In this document: in pieces, positions 29,569 through 40,004 of the stretch | How positions within the stretch are numbered: the stretch's first letter is position 1 | Layout of the letters: each line of letters opens with the position of its first letter | Source of the DNA: Desulfurococcales archaeon | GTDB lineage: Archaea > Thermoproteota > Thermoprotei_A > Sulfolobales > Desulfurococcaceae | Length of the DNA stretch: 64,000 bases | Assembly (NCBI GenBank): GCA_027022365.1 | Contig: JALVYU010000011.1 | Coordinates: 16,168 to 80,167, forward strand | Direction of reading: 5' to 3' | Translations under genes and position numbers: made by a program | Notes under the pieces: generated by a model | Databases searched by the model: none | Told to the model about the DNA's origin: nothing | Seen by the model: only the letters and a program-made list of their open reading frames with translations

Positions 29569-29626
29569 GGGGATGAAGAATAGTTACTCGGCGGAAAAGA
29601 TGAAGAGACTCCCATGGGCTGACCTG
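29569..29626 (+). ncRNA. box C/D sRNA candidate
   Basis: gg-ATGAAGA(C)-12 nt-CGGA(D')-aaag-ATGAAGA(C')-12 nt-CTGA(D)-cc. Both guides are exactly 12 nt with a 2-3 bp terminal stem. An ATAAATAT TATA-like element is centred about 26 nt upstream. Confidence 0.55.
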
Positions 29627-29628
29627 GT

Positions 29629-30036
29629 TTGAATAAGAAGAAACAAGAACTCGCAAACAAAACGGTGCTCCGTACAATAAATGATATTATCTCTAGCTAT
29701 ACACAGAAGATCTATGAGTATAACAACATCGTCCGAAAGAAAGGTTACTATCTGAAACCTGTGCACATAGTGGTGAAGAAACGAAAAGATGGGACAAGAG
29801 TCAAATACTACTATTATGGACGCTACTGGTACAGGATCGAGATACGTAAGAACGGCTCTTCTCAAATTAAATGGATATATCTAGGCAAAGAAAAACCCGA
29901 TAAAGACCTCCCCGATCCGCCTGAGAACCCGCTGGAGGGACTAGTTGTGAGAGTAGATAATGAAGGAGTAAGCCTAAACAAGTCCTTGCACGAGATACGA
30001 AGACTCGTAAAGGAACTTGCGGAAAAAGAAGAATAA
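29629..30036 (+). CDS. hypothetical protein (basic, 'KYYYYGRYWYRIE' motif)
   Basis: 135-aa ORF with a TTG start directly abutting the sRNA candidate. The true start may be the downstream GTG. No confident family call. Confidence 0.4.
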   Translation: MNKKKQELANKTVLRTINDIISSYTQKIYEYNNIVRKKGYYLKPVHIVVKKRKDGTRVKYYYYGRYWYRIEIRKNGSSQIKWIYLGKEKPDKDLPDPPENPLEGLVVRVDNEGVSLNKSLHEIRRLVKELAEKEE

Positions 30037-30116
30037 CCGTGTTTTAACGGTCATCCATAAAATACGTCACCGTGAAGATAATAATAATAATTTAGTGGGA
30101 AGACTAGTGATTAGCC

Positions 30117-31427
30117 TTGGACAACACTATCCTGATAAAGAATGCAAAATACATAATTACTCCCGACGAAGGAGGCGATAGAACATATATTCTTCGTGAT
30201 AAAGATATTCTTATAGAGAACGGTGTAATCATATGTATTTCTAGTTCATGTAGTGAATTCTCTCCTCGCGGAACCATCAGAATAAATGCAGATAAACACG
30301 TGGTAATGCCGGCTATGATTAACTGCCACACGCATGCAGCCATGAAAATATTCAAGGGCAGTCTTCCAGACAAGGAGTTTTGGGAATGGCTGGACAAGAT
30401 CGTCAAAATAGAAGAAAAGGTCATTACTAAGGAACTAGTGTATCAGGGATCTAAACTAGCTTCTATTGAAATGTTATTGAATGGAATCATAGGCTTTATT
30501 GACATGTACTATTATCCAGACGAGACCGTCAAGGCCGCATCAGAGTATGGGTTGCTTGTTAGGACAGGGCCATACAGGCCGGATAATGCATATGCGGTAC
30601 TGTCGATCATAAAAAATTATCCTAACGGATATCCGCTCATAAACATTCATAGCCTGTACAAGAACGATCCAGAAATTATTGATAAAATGTACGCATTAGC
30701 CGAAGAACATGGTTTACCCATCCACATACATGTCTCCGAGACACGTAGAGAAGTGTATCTTATACGTCGGGAGACGGGGAAATGGCCTATACAGTACATG
30801 TATAGTAATGGGTGGTTAAACGAGAATGTTATACTTGTGCATCTTAACTGGGTTCTAAGCTCGGAGATTCCTTTGATCAAAGAAAAGAACACTAAGGTCG
30901 TGAATTGTCCGCACTCAGCAATGAGGCTCGCAGAGGCCGGTTTCTGTCCGGTGTACGAAATACTTCGTGAAGGCATTATTCTCGGCGCGGGTACGGATGG
31001 ATCTAGCGGTGACAGATACAATTTGTTGGACGAGATCAGAATGATGCTTCTCTTATACCGTCATAATTACTGGGATACAAGGCTTAAACTCCCATATCTC
31101 TTCTCTAAGATCACGACCAACTCCTACAAGATCTTTGGTATCAAGGGTGGCGTGATAAAACCGGGTTGGCCAGCGCATTTGTCCCTGTTCAAAATAGACA
31201 ATATCCGGCATAGACCCTTAGGTACTAGTAACTTGTTGGCAAGCCTTATATTGGGTGGCGGTGCTGAAGCCGACTATGTAATGATAAATGGAGGTTTAGT
31301 CCTCACTCCTGAGATGAAGACCAAACTTTACACTGATGCGGAGATAGTGTCGGATGAGATTGAGGAAAAACTGATGAGGATCATAGATTACTATGAAGGT
31401 GTGCCAATTGAACGAAAAACAATATAG
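30117..31427 (+). CDS. amidohydrolase, MtaD/TRZ-ATZ-type (nucleoside/nucleobase deaminase-like)
   Basis: 'VVMPAMINCHTHAAM', 'IHVSET', 'LVHLN' and 'GTDG' are metal ligands. Confidence 0.75.
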   Translation: MDNTILIKNAKYIITPDEGGDRTYILRDKDILIENGVIICISSSCSEFSPRGTIRINADKHVVMPAMINCHTHAAMKIFKGSLPDKEFWEWLDKIVKIEEKVITKELVYQGSKLASIEMLLNGIIGFIDMYYYPDETVKAASEYGLLVRTGPYRPDNAYAVLSIIKNYPNGYPLINIHSLYKNDPEIIDKMYALAEEHGLPIHIHVSETRREVYLIRRETGKWPIQYMYSNGWLNENVILVHLNWVLSSEIPLIKEKNTKVVNCPHSAMRLAEAGFCPVYEILREGIILGAGTDGSSGDRYNLLDEIRMMLLLYRHNYWDTRLKLPYLFSKITTNSYKIFGIKGGVIKPGWPAHLSLFKIDNIRHRPLGTSNLLASLILGGGAEADYVMINGGLVLTPEMKTKLYTDAEIVSDEIEEKLMRIIDYYEGVPIERKTI

Positions 31428-31842
31428 AAAACTAGCTATAGCCGCTGTTATAGCGACTTTCACGGCATTTATATCATCTATTATAGCATATGTTCGTGGT
31501 TACGGTAGAATTTATGCTGGCTACGCGTTTTTCTGGCTATTAATGTTCCTGCTAGACTTGTACTTGCTGAAACACCCGCCAGAACTGAGATCAGAAGGAA
31601 TTGATTGCAAATATCTTGAGGAGCTAGCCCGTATAATAGCTGGTCTGGAAGACAAGTATAGTATGGCTAAGAAAGCATCAAGGATGCTTAGCGAAGGCCT
31701 CACAGACAAGATCAGGGCTATCTGTGGAGATAATACACTATCACTACTGAACCGACTATTGGAGGGCGATGAAAGTATTAGGGAAAAACTTATTGAAGCA
31801 CTGGATAACTGTTATGCTACTCGTTGTCGTGAAGCGAGATAA
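31393..31842 (+). CDS. hypothetical membrane-anchored protein
   Basis: Two N-terminal hydrophobic helices. Overlaps both neighbours, so the exact extent is uncertain. Confidence 0.3.
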   Translation: MKVCQLNEKQYRKLAIAAVIATFTAFISSIIAYVRGYGRIYAGYAFFWLLMFLLDLYLLKHPPELRSEGIDCKYLEELARIIAGLEDKYSMAKKASRMLSEGLTDKIRAICGDNTLSLLNRLLEGDESIREKLIEALDNCYATRCREAR

Positions 31843-32626
31843 TCCATCGCATCCTTGCGTGTTTGAGAACAGGGATTAGCTTCCTTGCATCATAAACGCT
31901 CTCCTTATCAATGCTGATCTCCACGTATCCAGGCCTTGGACCTAGATCAATTATCCTATAGCCGTAAGGGCTAAATACACCGCTTCGACCAACATATTTT
32001 TCACCGCTATGGCTCGACAATATGATATAAATAGTGTTTTCATGGGCTCTTGTCACCAAAATATGTTCTAGGATTTCTTCTTTTAGCGGTCCTCTAACCC
32101 ATCCCGCCTGTACGATCACGGATTCAGCTCCTTTCAAAGCATATGTTCTGAAGAGCTCGGGGAACCTGATATCATAACATATTGCAAACCCTGCCTTCAC
32201 TCCCGCTAACTCGACTATCTGCGACGGCGACTCGCCGGGTATAAAATAATCCGATTCCCTATACCCATAAGCGTCGAATAGATGTATCTTCCTATAAACA
32301 GGCTCAATCCTTCCCGATGGGTGGATTAGAACTGTTGTGCTTCGAGATAATGGCGGTGTATCGGTTTTCTCGATAAGGTGTGCAACTATGATTGCAGAGT
32401 ATTTCAGTGCCATATCAGATAGACTAGATAGATACGCACTATCTTCGAGGGGCTCAGCGATATCGTATACTCGTTCTGGTTTAAGTGATAATACATCCGC
32501 CATAGAGTACTCGGGGAGAACAACTATATCTGCCATATTGTAGCTACGATCAAGTATTTCTCCCGTGATCTTCAAGTTCTCTATGGGATTTATACCGTAT
32601 CCTGCCTGCAGAACACCAACTATCAT
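31817..32626 (-). CDS. carbon-nitrogen hydrolase (nitrilase superfamily)
   Basis: The Glu-Lys-Cys triad contexts are 'VVLPEYS', 'YRKIHLFD' and 'FAICYDIRFPE'. Confidence 0.8.
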   Translation of the reverse strand: MIVGVLQAGYGINPIENLKITGEILDRSYNMADIVVLPEYSMADVLSLKPERVYDIAEPLEDSAYLSSLSDMALKYSAIIVAHLIEKTDTPPLSRSTTVLIHPSGRIEPVYRKIHLFDAYGYRESDYFIPGESPSQIVELAGVKAGFAICYDIRFPELFRTYALKGAESVIVQAGWVRGPLKEEILEHILVTRAHENTIYIILSSHSGEKYVGRSGVFSPYGYRIIDLGPRPGYVEISIDKESVYDARKLIPVLKHARMRWIISLHDNE

Positions 32627-32669
32627 TACATGTTCATCTCCATACTCTAAGAACGGCTTCTGGGTTATT

Positions 32670-33032
32670 TTACCCGTTCGCTATTCCTTTCTTCTTAAGC
32701 AGTAGTTTCTTGACTTCACTAGTGGTATTCTTGGTAAGGATCTCGTTTAGATCATAGACTTCTATTTTGATATCCTTAACTCTGAATTCTCCACCCCCCG
32801 TATTATATTCAAGGATAATATTGACTATAGCTTCTTTTGGTACCTCAAACTTATTAATAAGAACTTCATAGATAGCCGTATTTATCTCGCTAATCTTCGT
32901 GTTTACTTCTCTAGAACTAATCTTCTTCTCTCTATAGAGAGGCCTTAAGGAGGCATTAACTACCCTCCTAAGCTTTATGGCATAACCGCTGACCCTAACA
33001 GGCCCTGTCCTGACCACAGGCAATTTTACCAT
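32670..33032 (-). CDS. conserved archaeal hypothetical protein (DUF2258-like)
   Basis: 'SGYAIKLRRVVNASL' resembles the DUF2258 N-terminal motif as I recall it. Confidence 0.4.
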   Translation of the reverse strand: MVKLPVVRTGPVRVSGYAIKLRRVVNASLRPLYREKKISSREVNTKISEINTAIYEVLINKFEVPKEAIVNIILEYNTGGGEFRVKDIKIEVYDLNEILTKNTTSEVKKLLLKKKGIANG

Positions 33033-33089
33033 CCAAGTAAATGATTTTGTCTATGGATCATAATATTCCTTATCATGTGAGGTGAGCTT

Positions 33090-33524
33090 ATGCCATACAA
33101 AGTGCCGAGATTAGCAGATATCAATGCCCGCTCCAAGCTTTTCAAGCATAAGAAAAAACTCTTGATTATAGGTCGTTGCGTCGAATTAGAACACCCCGAT
33201 ATACTTGCTCGATTCCCAAGAGAAGAATATGGAGTGCTCAGCGTATGCCTCGAGGCCGAGCATGTAAACATGGTGGGATTCAAGCTTGCCGGTATACTTG
33301 CGAGAGGTAGTTATGAAGAGGTAGCTGTCCTCACAGTTGACGGGAGTCTTCACTGCACCCAGCTACACTGGATGGTTGAGGAAACATGTAGGATCCTCGG
33401 CGATAGAGCTCCCAGTAGAAGCCATTACGTTATTTACAAAGGTAAGCTATATAGAATAGGAGAAGACGTGGTCAAGACAAGCAGGTATCTCTACAAGGTC
33501 AATAAACTCGTGTCAGGACAATAA
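33090..33524 (+). CDS. hypothetical protein
   Basis: 144-aa ATG ORF with normal composition. No motif recognised. Confidence 0.4.
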   Translation: MPYKVPRLADINARSKLFKHKKKLLIIGRCVELEHPDILARFPREEYGVLSVCLEAEHVNMVGFKLAGILARGSYEEVAVLTVDGSLHCTQLHWMVEETCRILGDRAPSRSHYVIYKGKLYRIGEDVVKTSRYLYKVNKLVSGQ

Positions 33525-33535
33525 TCGCCTTACGG

Positions 33536-34324
33536 GTGTATATGGATTTGATGAATTCATCTGTGGAGAGGATACTGAAAGCCTTCGACCTCTCAGTAAA
33601 ACGTATGCTTTCAATGAAAGGTCTTGACAGCAGGTTCATAATCCTAGGCACTGTAATGACGTATGTCTGGCTCGCCGTTATGGTGTTTATGAATATCTAT
33701 GATCCCAACAACATATTCCTACAGCTAATAGGAATGATAACAGGTTTCGTGGGTCTTACCGTTATTTTTGCTTTTCAAGTAATCCTCTCCTACAGGATAT
33801 GCGAACATGTAAAACTCGCGGGATATTATATCTCCTACGCCAGGGACATCATATCATTGGCCAGTAAGGAAGTCCTACAAGAATATGACGAGTTCCTAGA
33901 GGAGGCTTACCTATATAAGTGTCCACATACAGAGTACAGCCCCTTAGCACTGATCCTTGGTTATCTAGCCATACTATCCATGTACATCTATATCGCGCCT
34001 CTCTTCTATGCTGGATACTTGGCCATACTCGGTATTTTCGCATACACATTATATGATGCGGTCATAGAGCATCAAGAGATCGAGAGAAAAGTCAATAGGC
34101 TTCTCCTCAAGCTTATCGGCATGGATGATGAGACAATGTCTTTCCATGAACCGCCAGATTTTAAACCAACATATGTATTGACCACCGTGTTTACTCTAGG
34201 GCTACATTTATTCGTCTGGTTATCGTGGATTAATTCCTACCTTGATGCCCACATAGTCGACCATAGGAGAATGTATGAATTATTCAAAAAACGGTATGTC
34301 AGCATGTACTTGAGCCGGTCATGA
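33536..34324 (+). CDS. hypothetical integral membrane protein
   Basis: Several hydrophobic helices. No family call. Confidence 0.45.
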   Translation: MYMDLMNSSVERILKAFDLSVKRMLSMKGLDSRFIILGTVMTYVWLAVMVFMNIYDPNNIFLQLIGMITGFVGLTVIFAFQVILSYRICEHVKLAGYYISYARDIISLASKEVLQEYDEFLEEAYLYKCPHTEYSPLALILGYLAILSMYIYIAPLFYAGYLAILGIFAYTLYDAVIEHQEIERKVNRLLLKLIGMDDETMSFHEPPDFKPTYVLTTVFTLGLHLFVWLSWINSYLDAHIVDHRRMYELFKKRYVSMYLSRS

Positions 34325-36301
34325 AGCCTTAATTGTCCCAATATCATCAGGGATCTTATAGCCGGGGAGCAGCGAAGCGATCTTCTTAATACGTTCTTTG
34401 TCACGAATATATTCTATGAAGGCCTTCACATACTCCTTGTCTAACCTATTCTTGTGTATTAGGAAGTCGTATTCCTCCCACGCCAATGGTATGAAATCTA
34501 ATCCGTAGAGGTAGGCTGCAGCCTCTATCGCTATGCCTGCATCTGCTCTTCCATGCTTTACTGCGGCGGCGACAGCCGTGTGTGTTTTCACCTCATAGGT
34601 GTAGCCGTTGATCATCTTTTTAACATCGTCAAAACTCAACCCTTTCTTCTCAGCTACTCTGTGGAGAAGGATATCCAGGAGAACTCTGGCGCCTGCCCCC
34701 CTTGTCCTGTTGACTATTCTGATATCATTTCTTAGGAAATCCTCTATGCTGTGTATGTTTTTCGGATTGCCTTCCTGGACGACTATACCTATCTTTCTAT
34801 CATATCCTCTAATGATGACTGCTTTACCCTTCAAACCATATTTGTCTAGGAACGGTGTATTGTATTTCCCTGTTTCCTTATCGAGAAGATGTGTGGGCGC
34901 TATATCGGCCTCACCTCTGATAACGGCTTTCCAACCTCCCGTGCTCCCCGTCACGATCACTCTAGAAATACTTCTTAATCCTGATTCGGCGAGAATACGG
35001 TGGATCAACATGTCGTTGCTACCTATAATGTTTAGTTTACTGAATCCTCTCGTCTCATCGAATAACTCCACAGTAACTTCTTCATCTTCTATCAGTAGAT
35101 CTCTATCTTCAGGTAAGACCACGTATCCATCACTATTGTATAGAGGCGATATCGCACCGCTCCTCATAGAGACGGGGTAGGCCGTTAATCCTTTCTCTGA
35201 CTCGACGAGTGCAACGGGCAGTAGCCATGTCTTGCCTAGGGGTTTCTTGACCCTATAGGGAAGCCTAGCCTTTAGCCTGTATGTTCTTGTCCTCTTTAAG
35301 CCAAGCATAGACGCCACTATGGGCCTGACTATCACGTTGAATATCATAAAGCATGACAAAGGAAACCCGGGAAGACCGAACAATAATTTATTCTTGGCGA
35401 CAGCAACAACTGTTGGTTTTCCGGGCTTTACCTTGAGGCCATGTATAATTATTCCAGGCTCACCCATGTTCTCGAACACCCTATAAACCAGGTCTCCCAC
35501 CCCAGCGCTTGTTCCCCCACTGGTTATGACTATATCTGCCCATCTCAGCGCGTCATCAATCGCATCGTATACTTCATCGTAGTCGTCGGGGAGATGGCCC
35601 ATGAACCTTGCGTCCGCCCCTATTTGTTTGAGTCCTGATGTGATGAGCTGGCCGTTAACATCATAGACTTTTCCCGGGCTTAGCTTCTTCCAGGGCTCTA
35701 TGACCTCGTCACCGGTCGAGAAAACCGCTATCTTTGGGGGGATGTAGGTCTTTATCCTGGTTATTCCCAGACCTGCGAGTAAACCTATCTCTCTGAATCC
35801 TAGTCTTGTGCCCGCCTCGAGGACGAGGTCTCCGAACGATATATCGTTTCCTGTTGAAGAGATGTTTTCTCCAGGTACGACGCTCCTATATATCTCGACC
35901 TCATCGTTAAGCCTACGCGTGTACTCGACCATGACAACAGCGTCTGCCCCTCGCGGGATCATCGCGCCCGTCGCTATCTCAGCCGTTTCTCTTGGACCTA
36001 TGCTTATATCGGGGTGTTGGCCAGGCTTAACTACACCTACTATTTTCAAGCGCATTGGATGAAGATCGTCCGCCCCTGCAAGATCCTCGGATCGCACCGC
36101 GTACCCGTCGACTAGACTTCTGTCAAAAGGAGGGTGATCGATGGGTGAATATATGTCTTCGGCCAATACTCTTCCTAGAGCCTCCGTTATATTTACCTCC
36201 TCTATACCGAGCGGTTTGAGCGGATAGTATCGCTCTATAATCTTCATGGCATCATTGAGAGACACTAGTTTATGGAAAATCCTTCTCTCCGGCACTTCCA
36301 A
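34319..36301 (-). CDS. moeA: molybdopterin molybdenumtransferase MoeA fused to a periplasmic-binding-protein-like (molybdate-binding type) C-terminal domain
   Basis: MoeA N-terminal, MoCF and C-terminal domains ('DRSLVDGYAV', 'ITSGGTSAG', 'GLPGFPLSC'), then a roughly 240-aa PBP-like extension. Confidence 0.85.
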   Translation of the reverse strand: MEVPERRIFHKLVSLNDAMKIIERYYPLKPLGIEEVNITEALGRVLAEDIYSPIDHPPFDRSLVDGYAVRSEDLAGADDLHPMRLKIVGVVKPGQHPDISIGPRETAEIATGAMIPRGADAVVMVEYTRRLNDEVEIYRSVVPGENISSTGNDISFGDLVLEAGTRLGFREIGLLAGLGITRIKTYIPPKIAVFSTGDEVIEPWKKLSPGKVYDVNGQLITSGLKQIGADARFMGHLPDDYDEVYDAIDDALRWADIVITSGGTSAGVGDLVYRVFENMGEPGIIIHGLKVKPGKPTVVAVAKNKLLFGLPGFPLSCFMIFNVIVRPIVASMLGLKRTRTYRLKARLPYRVKKPLGKTWLLPVALVESEKGLTAYPVSMRSGAISPLYNSDGYVVLPEDRDLLIEDEEVTVELFDETRGFSKLNIIGSNDMLIHRILAESGLRSISRVIVTGSTGGWKAVIRGEADIAPTHLLDKETGKYNTPFLDKYGLKGKAVIIRGYDRKIGIVVQEGNPKNIHSIEDFLRNDIRIVNRTRGAGARVLLDILLHRVAEKKGLSFDDVKKMINGYTYEVKTHTAVAAAVKHGRADAGIAIEAAAYLYGLDFIPLAWEEYDFLIHKNRLDKEYVKAFIEYIRDKERIKKIASLLPGYKIPDDIGTIKAS

Positions 36302-36395
36302 AGCACCTTGACAAGCCTTGATATAAAGTCCATGTTACCTGTAGATAAAATATCCAGTTTATACCGTTTTTATTATACTGTGGCAGAATGGTGGC

Positions 36396-38543
36396 TTGTT
36401 AATGGAAGTGGATAAGCTCGTTGATTATGGTCTTCCAAACACTGTTGTCGAGGTATTGAAGAAACGAGGAATCAAGAGCTTGAATCCCGTGCAGGCAGAG
36501 GCTGTTAAGAAAGGATTATTGTCCGGCGAGAACTTGGTCGTAGCATCGCCTACCGCCAGCGGTAAAACCCTTATCGGCGAACTAGCTCTTGTCAAGGCCG
36601 CTCTCGAGGATGGTATGGGTCTTTATCTTGTCCCATTAAGGGCTCTTGCATCGGAGAAGTATGATGAGTTCAAGAACTGGCAAGAACTAGGCCTCAAAAT
36701 AGGGATCTCTACTGGCGACTATGAATCCCCGGGCGAGTATCTAGCCAGATACAATATCGTTGTAGCTACTTATGAGAGATTCGATAGCTTGCTACGGCTT
36801 AGGCCGCGTTGGCTCAACAGGATTAGAACCATTGTTGTTGACGAGCTACACATGATCGGCGATCCCGAAAGAGGCCCCGTCCTGGAAATGATTATCGCGA
36901 GACTAAGGAATACAGGTGTCCAAATAGTCGGGCTATCCGCAACGATCAGTAATGCGGATGTACTGGCCGAATGGCTGGAAGGAGAATTGGTAAGAAGTGA
37001 TTGGAGACCGGTAAAGCTGGTTGAGGGAGCCTTTGACAGAAGGCGTCACACAATAGTATTCGTTGATGGTAGGAAAGAGAAGGTGGTACATCGCCTGGGC
37101 TCCTCTGCTCTCTCGATAGCACTACATAGTGTTGAGCATGGAATACAGGTACTGGTATTTGTAAATAATAGAAGGAAAGCAGAAGAATGGGCTTTCAGGC
37201 TTTCCGAGCACATGAAGATATTAGTGCACCTAATCGATAAGAACAAGCTCGAAGAACTGCTTTTAAGGCTCAGCGAGTCTCCAAGCAGGAAAGAACGGGA
37301 AATGCTCGAGAAACTACTTAGGAAAGGCGTTGCTTATCACCATGCGGGATTGACGAGTATTGCGAGGAAAGTAGTCGAGGAAGCATTTAGAGAAAAAATA
37401 GTCAAGGCGGTCTTCGCCACACCTACGCTCGCAGCAGGTGTTAACCTGCCTGCACGCAGGGTGCTTGTCTCGATCAAAAGATATGATCCGTATAGGAGGA
37501 GAATGGTTGGAATACCTGTTTTCGAGTACAAGCAAATGGCTGGTAGAGCTGGTAGGCCTATGTATGATGATATAGGTGAGGCGATTATCTATGATGCAAC
37601 CAGTATCTCAGAAGCAGCCAAATATATCAGGGGAGAACCCGAGCCCGTAGTTAGTAGGCTAAATAATGAAAGGAGCCTAAGAATACACACGCTCTCACTG
37701 ATCGCTACAGGCCAAGCACAGAGCATAAAGGAGCTCATCAAAGTATACAGGGAGACACTATTCTTCAAACAATACGGTAGTACAAGATATCTCGAAAACC
37801 TACTGGATAATATAGTCGATGAGCTCATCGACTGGGACATGGTAAGATATAGGTCGGGAATACTGGAGCCTACGAGGATCGGTACATTAACAGCCATAAC
37901 ATACCTCGACCCATTATCAGTACATAGGTATCTCTCGCTCGTGAAAGATGGGGCAGGCGCATTCTATCTATTACACCTCATAGCATACACACCGGACTAT
38001 TTACGGAGCAAACCATATATCAACTATAAGGTGGTAGATTACCTAGAGCCTGAAGCCTGGGATCTCGCTGAAGAAGGAGTGATACCAGAGCCTCCTCAAG
38101 ACGAGTTCGACTACCAGCTATGGCTACAAGCCTTTGTACAGGCAAAGATGCTTCACGACTGGATAAACGAGGTGTCAGAAGACAATATAGTCTCAAAATA
38201 TGGTGTAGGGCCAGGCGACATATACTCGGCTAGAGACACGGCTGCATGGATCGCTTCGGGGCTTTCAAGGATTGAGCGCCAAAGAAATCCCGACATCGCG
38301 GATAAGCTCGAGAAACTAAGTATGAGGCTAGAATACGGAGTTAAAGAGGATGCGCTAGAACTCGTAAAGATAGAAGGTATAGGCAGAGTAAGAGCACGCA
38401 TACTTCTCAGCCACGGTATAAGGAGTATAAGAGATCTAGCGAAGATGACCGTAGAGGAACTATCCAAGCTCCCTACCTTCGGCCCCAAGATCTCTGAAAC
38501 CGTTATACGAGAGGCTAAAGCCAGAGTAGAGGTACATGACTAG
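36396..38543 (+). CDS. hel308: Ski2-like DNA helicase Hel308/Hjm
   Basis: Walker A 'SPTASGKT', 'DELH', 'SAT', 'HHAGL' and 'ATPTLAAGVNLPA', with a C-terminal HhH domain. 715 aa. Confidence 0.9.
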   Translation: MLMEVDKLVDYGLPNTVVEVLKKRGIKSLNPVQAEAVKKGLLSGENLVVASPTASGKTLIGELALVKAALEDGMGLYLVPLRALASEKYDEFKNWQELGLKIGISTGDYESPGEYLARYNIVVATYERFDSLLRLRPRWLNRIRTIVVDELHMIGDPERGPVLEMIIARLRNTGVQIVGLSATISNADVLAEWLEGELVRSDWRPVKLVEGAFDRRRHTIVFVDGRKEKVVHRLGSSALSIALHSVEHGIQVLVFVNNRRKAEEWAFRLSEHMKILVHLIDKNKLEELLLRLSESPSRKEREMLEKLLRKGVAYHHAGLTSIARKVVEEAFREKIVKAVFATPTLAAGVNLPARRVLVSIKRYDPYRRRMVGIPVFEYKQMAGRAGRPMYDDIGEAIIYDATSISEAAKYIRGEPEPVVSRLNNERSLRIHTLSLIATGQAQSIKELIKVYRETLFFKQYGSTRYLENLLDNIVDELIDWDMVRYRSGILEPTRIGTLTAITYLDPLSVHRYLSLVKDGAGAFYLLHLIAYTPDYLRSKPYINYKVVDYLEPEAWDLAEEGVIPEPPQDEFDYQLWLQAFVQAKMLHDWINEVSEDNIVSKYGVGPGDIYSARDTAAWIASGLSRIERQRNPDIADKLEKLSMRLEYGVKEDALELVKIEGIGRVRARILLSHGIRSIRDLAKMTVEELSKLPTFGPKISETVIREAKARVEVHD

Positions 38544-38603
38544 TATGATTAGTTTTTATATACTCATCACGATGAATAAGATGTTAATGCAAGGTGAACA
38601 TTT

Positions 38604-39989
38604 ATGTCATCTACATGGAATATGCTGGTGAATGCCTTCACTAACATGGTCATAGAAATAATCAACTATTTGCCGAAGATAATAGCTGCCATAATAATCA
38701 TACTCATAGGATACATGATCGGCTACCTCGTCAAAAAAGGAACTAAGGCCCTCATAGATAAACTGCTATCTGGCGTCATCAAGAAGACAAGGATTGGGCA
38801 GAGCATGATCGAGTCAGGCGTAGATCTAGGCAGTCTTGTAGGCAATGTCCTCCTTGCACTGATCATTGCGTTGTCAGTTCTCGTATCCGTGACAATACTG
38901 GGTTTCACGGGCTATGTTGGATCAATAATTGTGTTGGCTGCCCAGATAATATTCAAAATAGTTGCCGGTCTATCGATAATTGTGATCGGTATACCTGTTA
39001 TCCTAGTTCTTTCAGAATATATTGCAATGTTCTTCAGTAAAATGTTCCGCGAAAAACATGATCTAATGACTGAGCTTATATACGATGTATCAGTTCTTGT
39101 TCTATCGATATTCATATTATCGGTAGCTATTGACGTTATGTTCAACTACTCACTACTTCTCAACTATTTGATCACCTCTGCACCCGCCTTCATAGGGGCC
39201 GCCATAATCCTCATCATAGGCTATGTTATTGGAGATACTATTGGTAAGATAGTAAACCGTATAGTGAGCCAGATCCTAGATAGGCCTCTCGAAGCAACCG
39301 ATATAGGACGTACGATCAAGAATATGAACATTAATATATCTGATCTAATAGGGGGCCTTACAAAGGCATTCATAATAGTGGTAGCGATCGTTGCAGCAGT
39401 CGAGATAATGAATATAGGCGGCCTAACAGGACAGCTGGTATACCAGGTGGCCGTCTACCTGCCCAAGCTAATCGGAGGCATAACCGTTCTAACGCTAGGA
39501 CTAATACTCAGTATTGGGTTAGCAAGGTACATTGGTAAATTCCTCCAAAAAGCCTTCAGTAACGGGTTCGAGGATGTAGCGAAACTCGTGGAGAACCTGA
39601 TCCTGCTAGGTCTAACAGCAGTAGTTATAACTATCGCTCTAAACATACTCATGCTTCAAGGATCACTCATATACCCGCTAATACTAGGCATACTAGTCAT
39701 AGCCTCCGGCATCTATATTGCTGGGGTCGCCGGCAAGATACTGGCAAAGATCCATCCCACCTATAAGTACACGGTGCCACTTATCGAAACCATGATAATA
39801 CTTTCGTTTTCAATAATCGGTATCGCCGGGATATTTGCAGAATACACTGGAGCCGTTGATGTTATAAAGAACATATCGTGGGGAATAGCCATAGCATTTG
39901 CCGCATTACTAGTACCAATAATATTCCACTACACGAGGCTGGCTTGGAGAACAGTACCCGAAGAGGAAGAAAAGCGAAATAATCAATGA
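38604..39989 (+). CDS. integral membrane protein with repeated TM-helix units
   Basis: 461 aa, highly hydrophobic, with an internally repetitive I/L/G-rich helix pattern. Confidence 0.5.
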   Translation: MSSTWNMLVNAFTNMVIEIINYLPKIIAAIIIILIGYMIGYLVKKGTKALIDKLLSGVIKKTRIGQSMIESGVDLGSLVGNVLLALIIALSVLVSVTILGFTGYVGSIIVLAAQIIFKIVAGLSIIVIGIPVILVLSEYIAMFFSKMFREKHDLMTELIYDVSVLVLSIFILSVAIDVMFNYSLLLNYLITSAPAFIGAAIILIIGYVIGDTIGKIVNRIVSQILDRPLEATDIGRTIKNMNINISDLIGGLTKAFIIVVAIVAAVEIMNIGGLTGQLVYQVAVYLPKLIGGITVLTLGLILSIGLARYIGKFLQKAFSNGFEDVAKLVENLILLGLTAVVITIALNILMLQGSLIYPLILGILVIASGIYIAGVAGKILAKIHPTYKYTVPLIETMIILSFSIIGIAGIFAEYTGAVDVIKNISWGIAIAFAALLVPIIFHYTRLAWRTVPEEEEKRNNQ

Positions 39990-40004
39990 GGATGCACGTG
40001 TATC

